Translations under genes and position numbers: made by a program
NCBI GenBank assembly: GCA_024234935.1
Contig: JACKNI010000007.1
Coordinates: forward strand, 11,454 to 75,453
Origin: Chromatiales bacterium
Lineage (GTDB): Bacteria > Pseudomonadota > Gammaproteobacteria > Steroidobacterales > GCA-2729495
Length of the DNA stretch: 64,000 nucleotides
Direction of reading: 5' to 3'
The notes under the pieces: generated by a model
Database searches by the model: none
What the model was told of the DNA's origin: nothing
Seen by the model: only the letters and a program-made list of their open reading frames with translations
Part shown: piece by piece, positions 27,310 to 35,086 of the stretch
How the letters are laid out: every line of letters starts with the position of its first letter
Numbering within the stretch: position 1 is the first letter of the stretch

Positions 27310-28068
27310 ATGCGCTTCCTGCTTTTTCTCAGCTGTCTCGTTTTCTCGCTGACCGCCAGCGCCCGGGACAGCGATGCCGTTCTCCGCGGCAAAGTTATGC
27401 GCGTTACGGATGGTGATACCGCTCAGCTGAAGCTCCAGAGCGGGGCGATCACCGTCCGCTTTTACGGTATCGACGCGCCGGAGAAGAATCAGCCTTACGG
27501 GATGGAAGCCGCATCGGCGCTGCGGCAATTGATCGGCGGCAAGGTGGTCGACCTGATACCGGTAGAGCAGGACAAATACGACCGTCTGGTCGCTGTCGTC
27601 ATGCTGGGCGAGCGCAACGTCAATCTGGAGATGGTTGCGAGGGGCAACGCCTGGGCCTTCCGCCAGTATCTCGGCGAGTTCAGGGACGACCCGCTTTACT
27701 GTGAGTGGGAGGCGAAGGCCCGCGACCAGCAGCTGGGGTTGTGGCGATCAACCGGCAGGAAACGGCATGCGCCCTGGGAGTGGCGTCACCGGGATAGCGG
27801 TGGCCCATACACCGACTACGAGGGCAGCACGATGGCAGATTGTGTGGCCGCAATCCGCGCTGCACCGGCAAGCGCGCCGGTGCCTGCAGGCCGGAAGTCC
27901 GGTGACTGCCTGATCAAGGGCAACATCGGCTCCGGCGGGAAACGCATTTATCATGTGCCCGGCAGCGCATCCTATGCGAACACCAGGATCGACGAGTCGA
28001 AGGGCGAACGCTGGTTCTGCTCCGAGGCGGAGGCACGGGCGGCGGGCTTTCGGGCACCGCGGAATTGA
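27310..28068 (+). CDS. secreted thermonuclease (SNase fold) with C-terminal sunset-type domain
   Basis: Signal peptide MRFLLFLSCLVFSLTASA. SNase block VMRVTDGDTAQLKLQSGAITVRFYGIDAPEKNQPYG...YDRLVAVV...LEMVARGNAWAF. C-terminus CLIKGNIGSGGKRIYHVPGSASYANTRIDESKGERWFCSEAEARAAGFRAP. Confidence 0.85.
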   Translation: MRFLLFLSCLVFSLTASARDSDAVLRGKVMRVTDGDTAQLKLQSGAITVRFYGIDAPEKNQPYGMEAASALRQLIGGKVVDLIPVEQDKYDRLVAVVMLGERNVNLEMVARGNAWAFRQYLGEFRDDPLYCEWEAKARDQQLGLWRSTGRKRHAPWEWRHRDSGGPYTDYEGSTMADCVAAIRAAPASAPVPAGRKSGDCLIKGNIGSGGKRIYHVPGSASYANTRIDESKGERWFCSEAEARAAGFRAPRN

Positions 28069-28196
28069 TCCGGCAGACTGAAATGGCGCAACGGCAGCAA
28101 GAATGATTGCCGGCAGTCGAAGTTTTTTCCTCGGCTTTCGCGATCTGCCCAGGACTCATTCGACCTCGGCAGGGTCAGGCTGGCACAGGAAGGTAC

Positions 28197-28295
28197 ATGG
28201 CGTGGTCAGTTCCGGTTCTCGCCGGGCTATTCGAAATGGGATGGGCTATCGGATTGAGGTATACGGGGGCTTTACCCGCTGAGTATCACCGGTAA
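28197..28295 (+). pseudogene. sugE: 5' remnant of an SMR-family guanidinium/QAC exporter gene (sugE/gdx-like)
   Basis: With AGGAAGG 5 nt upstream, ATG 28197 reads MAWSVPVLAGLFEMGWAIGLRYT (cf. SugE [23 protein letters not shown]). Similarity is then lost and a stop follows after 32 codons, versus about 105 in intact genes. Confidence 0.5.
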
Positions 28296-28356
28296 TCGGC
28301 AGCTCCAGACTTCTGACTGATCGAGAATTCGAGGGATTATCCAGGGAGCGCAGAGA

Positions 28357-29550
28357 ATGAATGACAGTGATATGCCGTCCATGGGTCGGCGCCATTTTGT
28401 CCGGGGTGTCGGTGCCGCTTTGTCATTGGCTCCGTTAATTGGCCGGAGCAATTCGGCTGACGGGTTGCCGGCCGGTATCGTTGACGTCGGCGCACATGAG
28501 AACCCGAAGCGAAATGATGCTTTTCTGAAAGCCTGCCGCGGTGAAAAAGTCGATTACACGCCCATCTGGATGATGCGCCAGGCGGGCCGATACCTGCCCC
28601 AGTACCAGAAGCTGCTGGCCAATAGCGATTTCCTGACCAGCGTGCGCACGCCGGAGATTGCCGCCGAACTCACGATTCAGCCAGTCGACGCTCTGGGTGT
28701 TGATGCGGCGATCTTCTATTCGGATATCACCACCGCAGTCGTGCCCATGGGCATGCAGCTGAGTTATTCAGACAAGACCGGGCCGGTCTTCGGGAACCCG
28801 GTTCGCAGCAAGGCCGACGCGGATCGGCTGATCGTGCCGGAGGACCCGGCCGATGGCTTGGGATTTGTCTACGAAGCCCAGAAAATCTGTGCCCGTGCGC
28901 TGGCCAACCGGGTGCCGCTGATTGGTTTTGCGGCTGCACCCTTCACCATGTCAGCTTATATGGTCGAAGGCGGTTCAAGTACGGCCTTCTCGCTTTTCCG
29001 CCGTTTTGTTTTTGAAGAGCCCGCAGGCTATGCCATCCTGATGGACAAGGTTGCACAGCACACGGCCGGATACCTGAAGGCCCAGGCTGCTGCCGGAGCC
29101 GACGCCCTGATGCTGTTCGATTCCAATGCGGGGCTCTTCGGGCCTCAGGACTACGAAAGCGTGAATCTGCCCTACGTCAAAAGGATCATTGCCGCACTGA
29201 AACCGACCGGGGTTCCGATTATTTACTTTGGCCTCGGCGCACACGGCTCACTGGATATGATCAAAGACTGCGGCGCGGATGTCATCGGCATCGACTATGG
29301 CATGCGACTCGACAACGCAGTGGCACAACTTGGACCCAATGTTTCGGTGCAGGGCAATATCGAGCCACACGTACTCTACCAGTCACCCGAGGAAATCCGC
29401 CGTCGGGTCGCCGAGACGCTCAATGCTGGCAAGGCCGCGCGGGGTCATGTGTTTAACCTGGGGCACGGCGTCCCGCGCTACTCACCTGTGGATCATGTCA
29501 AAGCCATGGTCGACAGCGTGCACGAACTGAGTCAGGCGAGGATGGCCTGA
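28357..29550 (+). CDS. hemE: uroporphyrinogen decarboxylase (HemE family) with an N-terminal twin-arginine signal peptide
   Basis: 397 aa. From about aa 53 it is collinear with HemE (NDAFLKACRGEKVDYTPIWMMRQAGRYLPQY, FYSDIT, YMVEGGSS, HVFNLGHGV). The first ~36 aa (MNDSDMPSMGRRHFVRGVGAALSLAPLIGRSNSA|DG) fit a Tat signal. GGGAG lies 9 nt upstream of ATG 28357. Confidence 0.8.
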   Translation: MNDSDMPSMGRRHFVRGVGAALSLAPLIGRSNSADGLPAGIVDVGAHENPKRNDAFLKACRGEKVDYTPIWMMRQAGRYLPQYQKLLANSDFLTSVRTPEIAAELTIQPVDALGVDAAIFYSDITTAVVPMGMQLSYSDKTGPVFGNPVRSKADADRLIVPEDPADGLGFVYEAQKICARALANRVPLIGFAAAPFTMSAYMVEGGSSTAFSLFRRFVFEEPAGYAILMDKVAQHTAGYLKAQAAAGADALMLFDSNAGLFGPQDYESVNLPYVKRIIAALKPTGVPIIYFGLGAHGSLDMIKDCGADVIGIDYGMRLDNAVAQLGPNVSVQGNIEPHVLYQSPEEIRRRVAETLNAGKAARGHVFNLGHGVPRYSPVDHVKAMVDSVHELSQARMA

Positions 29551-29584
29551 AGTTGCAGTCGGCCCGTAATGTGGCACAACCGAT

Positions 29585-30598
29585 ATGCGTATTGACCTCA
29601 TACTGGAATCAAGCGAGTCCCCGGAACGGATTGCAGAGCTGAGCAAGCTGGCCGAAGACAACGGACTGGGTGGGGTCTGGGTCTCGAACACGCTGAGTGG
29701 TCGGGATCCTTTTCTGGGTTTTCTGGCTGCGGCTCAGGCGACCGACCGCATCCATATGGGACCTATTGCAGTTTCACCTTACGAACTGCATCCGCTGAAA
29801 ATGGCAACATCGCTGCTGTCGCTGAATGAGGCATCCAACGGTCGTGCCCGGATCGTGGTCGGTGGCGGTGGCGTGATTGCGACGAGGGCCATGAATCTGC
29901 GGCCCGAGCGTCGGGTACGGGGTGTTCGCGAATGCATCGAGATCATCAAGCAGGCGGCAACAGGCCTGGAGATGCAATATGAAGGAGAGTTGTTCACCGC
30001 CAAAGGCTGCAAGGCAGCCTGGGTAACGAAGGCACCGCCCGTCATCTATGCTGCTGCCAACAAGCCACAGATGCTGCGCATGGCTGCTCGCTGTGCTGAC
30101 GGCGTGATGCTGACCGACAAGATAGTGGAGCAGATTGGCGGCGTGCGGGAAATCATCGATCCGGCGCTGAAGAGAGCCGGCCGGGATCTAGCCGCATTTC
30201 AGCTCAGCAACTTCTGGGCGTGGCACGTCAAGAAGACACGGGCTGAAGCGGAAACCGAGGCACGCGTGAACCTGACGGTGCGCGATGTGCTGTCACGTGA
30301 AAAGAATTCACACTTCATGAGTGAGGCAGACATGCGCCTTGTCGAAAAGATGCGTCCTTCGTTCCTGGCAGCCTTGCGGAAGCGGTCCCCTGTCTACGAG
30401 GGAGTCCCGGAACGAATCATCAGGTCCCTTGTTGATAACGTCACGTCATGTGCAGGCATCGATGAATTGGACAAGGAAATCGCGCGTTTGCAGGCATTCG
30501 AGTCAGCCGGGTTGACCGGGATTGCCTTGCGTATCTACGAAAAGCCCGAGGAGGCGATTCGACTGCTCGGGAAAAGAGTCGTTCCGGTCTTTGCCTAG
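29585..30598 (+). CDS. LLM oxidoreductase, Mer-like clade (paralog C)
   Basis: 337 aa: MRIDLILESSESPERIAELSKLAEDNGLGGVWVSN...VSPYELHPLKMATSLLSLNEASNGRARIVVGGGG. Starts 34 nt after the hemE-like stop. Visibly lower third-position G+C than its neighbours. Confidence 0.8.
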   Translation: MRIDLILESSESPERIAELSKLAEDNGLGGVWVSNTLSGRDPFLGFLAAAQATDRIHMGPIAVSPYELHPLKMATSLLSLNEASNGRARIVVGGGGVIATRAMNLRPERRVRGVRECIEIIKQAATGLEMQYEGELFTAKGCKAAWVTKAPPVIYAAANKPQMLRMAARCADGVMLTDKIVEQIGGVREIIDPALKRAGRDLAAFQLSNFWAWHVKKTRAEAETEARVNLTVRDVLSREKNSHFMSEADMRLVEKMRPSFLAALRKRSPVYEGVPERIIRSLVDNVTSCAGIDELDKEIARLQAFESAGLTGIALRIYEKPEEAIRLLGKRVVPVFA

Positions 30599-30687
30599 CG
30601 CACTGCTCAATACATTGGCTCCCGCCGTAGAGTCACCTTAAGATCGCTAAGATAACGGTGGTGGTCGGGTAGAGGGAGGAACACGTC

Positions 30688-32676
30688 ATGGCAAATGACA
30701 CGAGACGAGCGACGCGGCCTTTCCCTGCATGGGCAGGACTGGTGGCGCTGCTGGTGGTGTCGGCTGCCATGGCGGGTGATCGCGATGACTGGCAGCACTA
30801 TGGCGGTGGGCCCGGCGGGTCGCATTATTCCTCGCTAGCGCAGATCAATCGCGACAACGTCGGCTCGCTCGCCCTGGCCTGGAGCTACCGCACTGGCGAC
30901 ATCGAGCGGCATCCGGAACACCGGCCGCTCGCCGCACTGAACGTGACGCCCATCCTGCTGCCGAAGGCGGCGGGCGAGTCGCTGGTGTTCTGCTCGGCGA
31001 TGAATCGCGTGATCGCGCTGGATCCGGCGAGCGGCAAGGAGCGCTGGGTCCACGATCCGCAGATCCGCATCGGGCCCGTCGGCAGCAAGTTCCTGTGCCG
31101 GGGTGTGGCCTATTGGGAGGACAGCGATGCAGTTGCTGGTGCCAGCTGCAGGCACCGCATCTTCACCGCGACCAATGACTTGCGACTGATCGGTATCGAT
31201 GCGCTGAGCGGCAAGCCCTGCGGGGACTTCGGCACCGCCGGGGTGGTGGACGTGCAGCCGGATATCCACGACGACGCCCCGGATCTCAAGGAAGGCGATG
31301 TGCAGTTCTCGGCGCCGCCGGTGACCATCGCTGATCTCGTCGTGATCGGGTCTTCCGACAACAGCAAGTTCTGGCGCGCCGACAGCCCGCGGGGCGAGGT
31401 GCGGGCCTACGACGCGCGTACGGGTGCGTTGCGCTGGAAGTTCGACCCGATTCCGCACGAGGCGGAAAATGCTGAAGCCCTGGGCTGGACCCGTGAGGGA
31501 CTGGAGCACACGGGCGGCGCGAACGTCTGGAGCATGATGTCGTCTGACCCGGCGCGCGGGCTGCTTTTCCTGCCCACCGCGACGGCCGCGCCAAACAACT
31601 TCGGCGGCAATCGGCCCGGCGACAACCGTTATGCCAACTCGGTTGTGGCACTGCGCGCAGCCGACGGCACTGTCGTCTGGCACTTCCAGATCGTGCACCA
31701 CGATGTCTGGGACCTCGACCTTCCGGCGCAGCCGATCCTCGTCGACCTGAAGCGCAACGGGAAACTGCTGCCGGTGGTCATCCAGCTGACCAAGCAGGGG
31801 CTGATCTTCGTCTTGAACCGGGAAACGGGCGAGCCGGTGTTTCCGGTGGAGGAGCGGCCGGTGCCGACTGACGGCGTGCCTGGTGAGGTGCTCTCGCCGA
31901 CACAGCCGTTTCCGGTTCGTCCTGCACCGCTCGGCGTAGCGAGGTATACGCCGGAGCAGGCCTGGGGCTTCACGCTGTTCGATCGCTCGGCCTGTCGCAG
32001 GAAGCTCGCGTCCTTCGGTCGTTCAGGACTCTATGAACCACCGGGCTTCGAAGGCACGCTGATGGCCTCATCGGCCAACAACTGGGGCGGTGCGGCTTTC
32101 GATCCCGAGCGTTCACTGCTCGTGTTGCCGGTCTCGCAGGTCCCCATCTACACGCGGCTCAAGCGCACGGCCGACGTGACGCCCGAAGAACTCGATCAGC
32201 CACGGATGGGGCCGATCGGGCCGCCGACGGCGATGGCGGGTACACCTTATTCGTTTCAGTTCGCGCCGGTGCTCTCGCCGCTGTTCTCGCCCTGCACCCC
32301 GCCGCCCTGGGGCGAGTTGATGGCGCTGGATCTGTCCGGCGATACCGGCACGAAGTGGCGCTTCACGCTCGGTACGCTCGAAAAGCTGATGCCTGTGCCG
32401 ATACCATTGCCCTTCGGTACGCCGCTGGCCGGTGGCCCGACTGTCACCGCCGGTGGACTGGTCTTCATCGGCGCGAGTGCGGACGAGAAGTTCCGCGCCT
32501 TCGACATCGACAGCGGCAAGAAACTCTGGGAGGTGAGCACGCCGGCGTCGGCGATGGCGACACCGATGACCTACTCGGTGGGCGGCCGTCAGTTCGTGGT
32601 GGTGGCGGCCGGTGGACACATCGTGGCCGGCTTCCGCAACGTCTCGGATTACCTCGTGGCCTATGCGCTGCCCTGA
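30688..32676 (+). CDS. soluble PQQ-dependent dehydrogenase (paralog 2)
   Basis: 662 aa; GGGAGGAA SD; signal/anchor WAGLVALLVVSAAMAG. WQHYGGGPGGSHYSSLAQINRDNVGSLALAW. Collinear with the 21894 gene along its whole length. Confidence 0.85.
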   Translation: MANDTRRATRPFPAWAGLVALLVVSAAMAGDRDDWQHYGGGPGGSHYSSLAQINRDNVGSLALAWSYRTGDIERHPEHRPLAALNVTPILLPKAAGESLVFCSAMNRVIALDPASGKERWVHDPQIRIGPVGSKFLCRGVAYWEDSDAVAGASCRHRIFTATNDLRLIGIDALSGKPCGDFGTAGVVDVQPDIHDDAPDLKEGDVQFSAPPVTIADLVVIGSSDNSKFWRADSPRGEVRAYDARTGALRWKFDPIPHEAENAEALGWTREGLEHTGGANVWSMMSSDPARGLLFLPTATAAPNNFGGNRPGDNRYANSVVALRAADGTVVWHFQIVHHDVWDLDLPAQPILVDLKRNGKLLPVVIQLTKQGLIFVLNRETGEPVFPVEERPVPTDGVPGEVLSPTQPFPVRPAPLGVARYTPEQAWGFTLFDRSACRRKLASFGRSGLYEPPGFEGTLMASSANNWGGAAFDPERSLLVLPVSQVPIYTRLKRTADVTPEELDQPRMGPIGPPTAMAGTPYSFQFAPVLSPLFSPCTPPPWGELMALDLSGDTGTKWRFTLGTLEKLMPVPIPLPFGTPLAGGPTVTAGGLVFIGASADEKFRAFDIDSGKKLWEVSTPASAMATPMTYSVGGRQFVVVAAGGHIVAGFRNVSDYLVAYALP

Positions 32677-32690
32677 GAGGTAGCCGCCAC

Positions 32691-33113
32691 TCAGTCCACC
32701 GGCTTTCTGCGCAGCGACTTCGTTGCGCCGCGCTGCTTCTTGCCTTCGAGTCGTCGCAGCTTGGCGCCTTTGCTTGGCCGGGTTGCGATGCGCCTGCGTT
32801 GTACCACGGTGACCGTGTTGACCAGTTCGTTGAGCCGGTCCAGTGCGTCGTCGCGGTTCATCTCCTGGGTGCGATGACGCTGTGCCTTGAGCACGATGAT
32901 GCCGTCCTGCGTGATGCGCTGGTCGCGCAGTGCGAGCAGCCTTTCCTGTATCCCGGGCGGCAGCGACGAGGCGCGGATGTCGAAGCGCAGGTGGATGGCG
33001 CTCGCCACCTTGTTGACGTTCTGGCCGCCGGCGCCCTGCGCGCGGACTGCGGTGAGTTCGACCTCCTCGACTGGCACGCTGATGCGTGTGCGGCTGGCGG
33101 AGGGGTCCGGCAT
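32691..33113 (-). CDS. arfB: alternative ribosome-rescue factor ArfB (peptidyl-tRNA hydrolase, GGQ)
   Basis: 140 aa; RAQGAGGQNVNKVASAIHLRFD followed by a basic C-terminal tail (RPSKGAKLRRLEGKKQRGATKSLRRK). Confidence 0.88.
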   Translation of the reverse strand: MPDPSASRTRISVPVEEVELTAVRAQGAGGQNVNKVASAIHLRFDIRASSLPPGIQERLLALRDQRITQDGIIVLKAQRHRTQEMNRDDALDRLNELVNTVTVVQRRRIATRPSKGAKLRRLEGKKQRGATKSLRRKPVD

Positions 33114-33119
33114 CGTCGC

Positions 33120-33482
33120 TCAGGCCGGGTTCTGCAGCAGGTTCTGCATGGCCGCGATGAACCCGGCGGTATTGCGCTCGGTCACGGGGCAGCTCTGCAG
33201 TTCATCCCAGTCGATACCGGCGGTTGCCTGCTCGAGTACCAGGCGGCCTTCCTTGCCGTTCCACACCAGGCGTTGCTTCGCGTCGTCGCGGCGGAAACGG
33301 ATCAGCCAGCTGCCGTAGGCGCCCGCAGCGGCCACATAGTCCTGCACGCTGCAGCCGGCATCGGCGCAGGCGCTGGTGACCGCATCGGCAAATTCTTCGG
33401 TCGTTGCCGGGTATTCGATGGTGGGCAGCGCCGCCGGGCGGCGGCCGATCCACATGACTTCATGTTCTGCCACGGTTTGCAA
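33120..33482 (-). CDS. hypothetical protein
   Basis: 120-aa ORF, 6 nt upstream of arfB on the same strand. No recognisable motif. Confidence 0.45.
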   Translation of the reverse strand: MQTVAEHEVMWIGRRPAALPTIEYPATTEEFADAVTSACADAGCSVQDYVAAAGAYGSWLIRFRRDDAKQRLVWNGKEGRLVLEQATAGIDWDELQSCPVTERNTAGFIAAMQNLLQNPA

Positions 33483-33620
33483 TCCTCAGGAAAAGACGAA
33501 CGCCGACCAGCCTGGCCGATGAGTGGATGTTACCTGTCACAAGCCCCGGGCTGAAGCCATCGGCATCAGGCCTCGATCTGCTACGCTCGATGTCACAAGG
33601 GGCGTGGAGAGGGGATTCAT

Positions 33621-34379
33621 ATGCGGCGGGTTCAACGCTTGTTGCTCATCCTGGCCGGATGTTTCTGCGCGGGACTGGCGATGGCAGCACCCGTAGCCGG
33701 TGCACAGGACGGCGTGACCACACGGGAATTGCTGCACTTCCTGCACATCTTCCTGTTCGTTTTCTGGCTGGGCCCCGATGTGGCCACCTGGATCTGGAGC
33801 CGCAAGGCAGTAGACGCTGGCACACCACCGGAAATGCAGGCGGTGTCGCGGCAGATGATGGTGCGGGTGGAGATGATCTCGCGCGCCTCGATGAGCCTGA
33901 TGCTGACGGTCGGCGGCCTGCTCTCGCATTACATCGGCATGGAGCACCCGTGGTGGCAGATGGCCGGCATCGTACTGCTGGGACCTGTCTGGCTGCTGCT
34001 CACACTCGTCGGGTTTTTCCGCGACGGCACGGCCTTCGGGACGACGGCAGTGCGTCTGGAAACAGCACTCCGCTGGGTAGTGATCGCGGCGGTACCGCTG
34101 TCGGTGATCTGGTCGACGCTGAGCGGGCGCCTCGATGTCGCACCCTATGTCGGTGCCAAACTGCTGCTGTTTGCCGCAGTCCTGCTGTGCTGGCAGCTGC
34201 TGCGCACCGGCGTACCGCGCAGCCGCCTGTATCCGGCGACAGTCTGGGTGGGCCTGCTGGCTGCGGCGCTGCTGGGGGTTATGAAGCCCGGTGTGCCGCA
34301 GGCCGATGGCTTGCAGGTCGGCCAAAAAGAAGCCCCGCACATGGCGGGGCTCCCGAGCCTCCAGGTCCAGGCTGATTAA
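33621..34379 (+). CDS. integral membrane protein (unknown function)
   Basis: 252 aa; signal-like N-terminus plus at least 5 hydrophobic segments (HIFLFVFWLGPDVATWIW, MAGIVLLGPVWLLLTLVGFF, ...). Confidence 0.55.
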   Translation: MRRVQRLLLILAGCFCAGLAMAAPVAGAQDGVTTRELLHFLHIFLFVFWLGPDVATWIWSRKAVDAGTPPEMQAVSRQMMVRVEMISRASMSLMLTVGGLLSHYIGMEHPWWQMAGIVLLGPVWLLLTLVGFFRDGTAFGTTAVRLETALRWVVIAAVPLSVIWSTLSGRLDVAPYVGAKLLLFAAVLLCWQLLRTGVPRSRLYPATVWVGLLAAALLGVMKPGVPQADGLQVGQKEAPHMAGLPSLQVQAD

Positions 34380-34939
34380 CTTGCGATCCGTCGCCGCAGA
34401 CCCAGCAAGCCCACCATCCCTGAACCAAACAGCCAGGCGGCTGCCGGCACGGGAACCACGGTGTGCGAATAGGTCCAGTTGCCGAAGTTGCTTTCGACAC
34501 CATAGAGAACCGAGTTGGTTCCATTCGAGCCTGGACCAGCCACGACAACCGGCCCCGGGTAACAGCTGCCGGCGGAATTCGCCAGGCTGAACGTGCCTGA
34601 CGTGGACGGCACCGAATTCGCGGTGATCTGGAAGCCGGTGATCAGCGTACCGGCACAGGCGGTCCAGCTCGGCGCATTGTTGGTCAGTACGGAGCCGAGG
34701 TTGATGGTCGCACCGTTGTTCCAGCTGTAGGTGAGCGCTGTCAGTGCACTTACGGGGATGGCGCTGAAGTTGCTGGCATCCGTGATACCCGGGCTCGAGA
34801 AGGTCATGCTTCCGCTGCCGCCTGAACCGCCACTCGGCGTCCAGCTATAGACCACCGTCATGGCCGAGGCCGGCAGCGCGAGGCAAAGCGTGAGCGCGGC
34901 TGCAGAAATCCGCGCAGTCAGAATGGAACCGGTCGTCAT
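34376..34939 (-). CDS. PEP-CTERM-type sorting-domain secreted protein
   Basis: ORF 34376-34993; ATG at 34939 (GGGGGAGAAG SD). Signal ...CLALPASA|M. C-terminus VPVPAAAWLFGSGMVGLLGLRRRIAS has the motif, TM and Arg cluster typical of exosortase substrates. Confidence 0.75.
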   Translation of the reverse strand: MTTGSILTARISAAALTLCLALPASAMTVVYSWTPSGGSGGSGSMTFSSPGITDASNFSAIPVSALTALTYSWNNGATINLGSVLTNNAPSWTACAGTLITGFQITANSVPSTSGTFSLANSAGSCYPGPVVVAGPGSNGTNSVLYGVESNFGNWTYSHTVVPVPAAAWLFGSGMVGLLGLRRRIAS

Positions 34940-35086
34940 TGGTCTTCTCCCCCAGGCGCGGTGTTGTGCACCGCAGCTATCGTTGTATGGCATTGAGGAT
35001 GATCTTCCTGAAACCGTCTGCGCCCGTCGTCACCCGCCCGGATGATTTTCCGGAACCGTTTATGAAAGCTGTTTTACAGAACGCTT

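Noticed and set aside
28100-28196. Guanidine riboswitch (ykkC, mini-ykkC or guanidine-III) upstream of the sugE remnant
   Set aside because: SugE/Gdx genes are often riboswitch-controlled, and GGGUCAGGC here loosely recalls the guanidine-III core. However, I could not build the pseudoknot or find paired ACGR tetraloop hairpins. A covariance-model scan (Rfam RF00442, RF01068, RF01763) would settle it.
33537-34340. 267-aa minus-strand ORF and a 282-aa + strand alternative frame over the membrane-protein gene
   Set aside because: The 33621-34379 frame gives coherent TM helices. The alternatives are Arg/Gln/His-rich with no hydrophobic periodicity.
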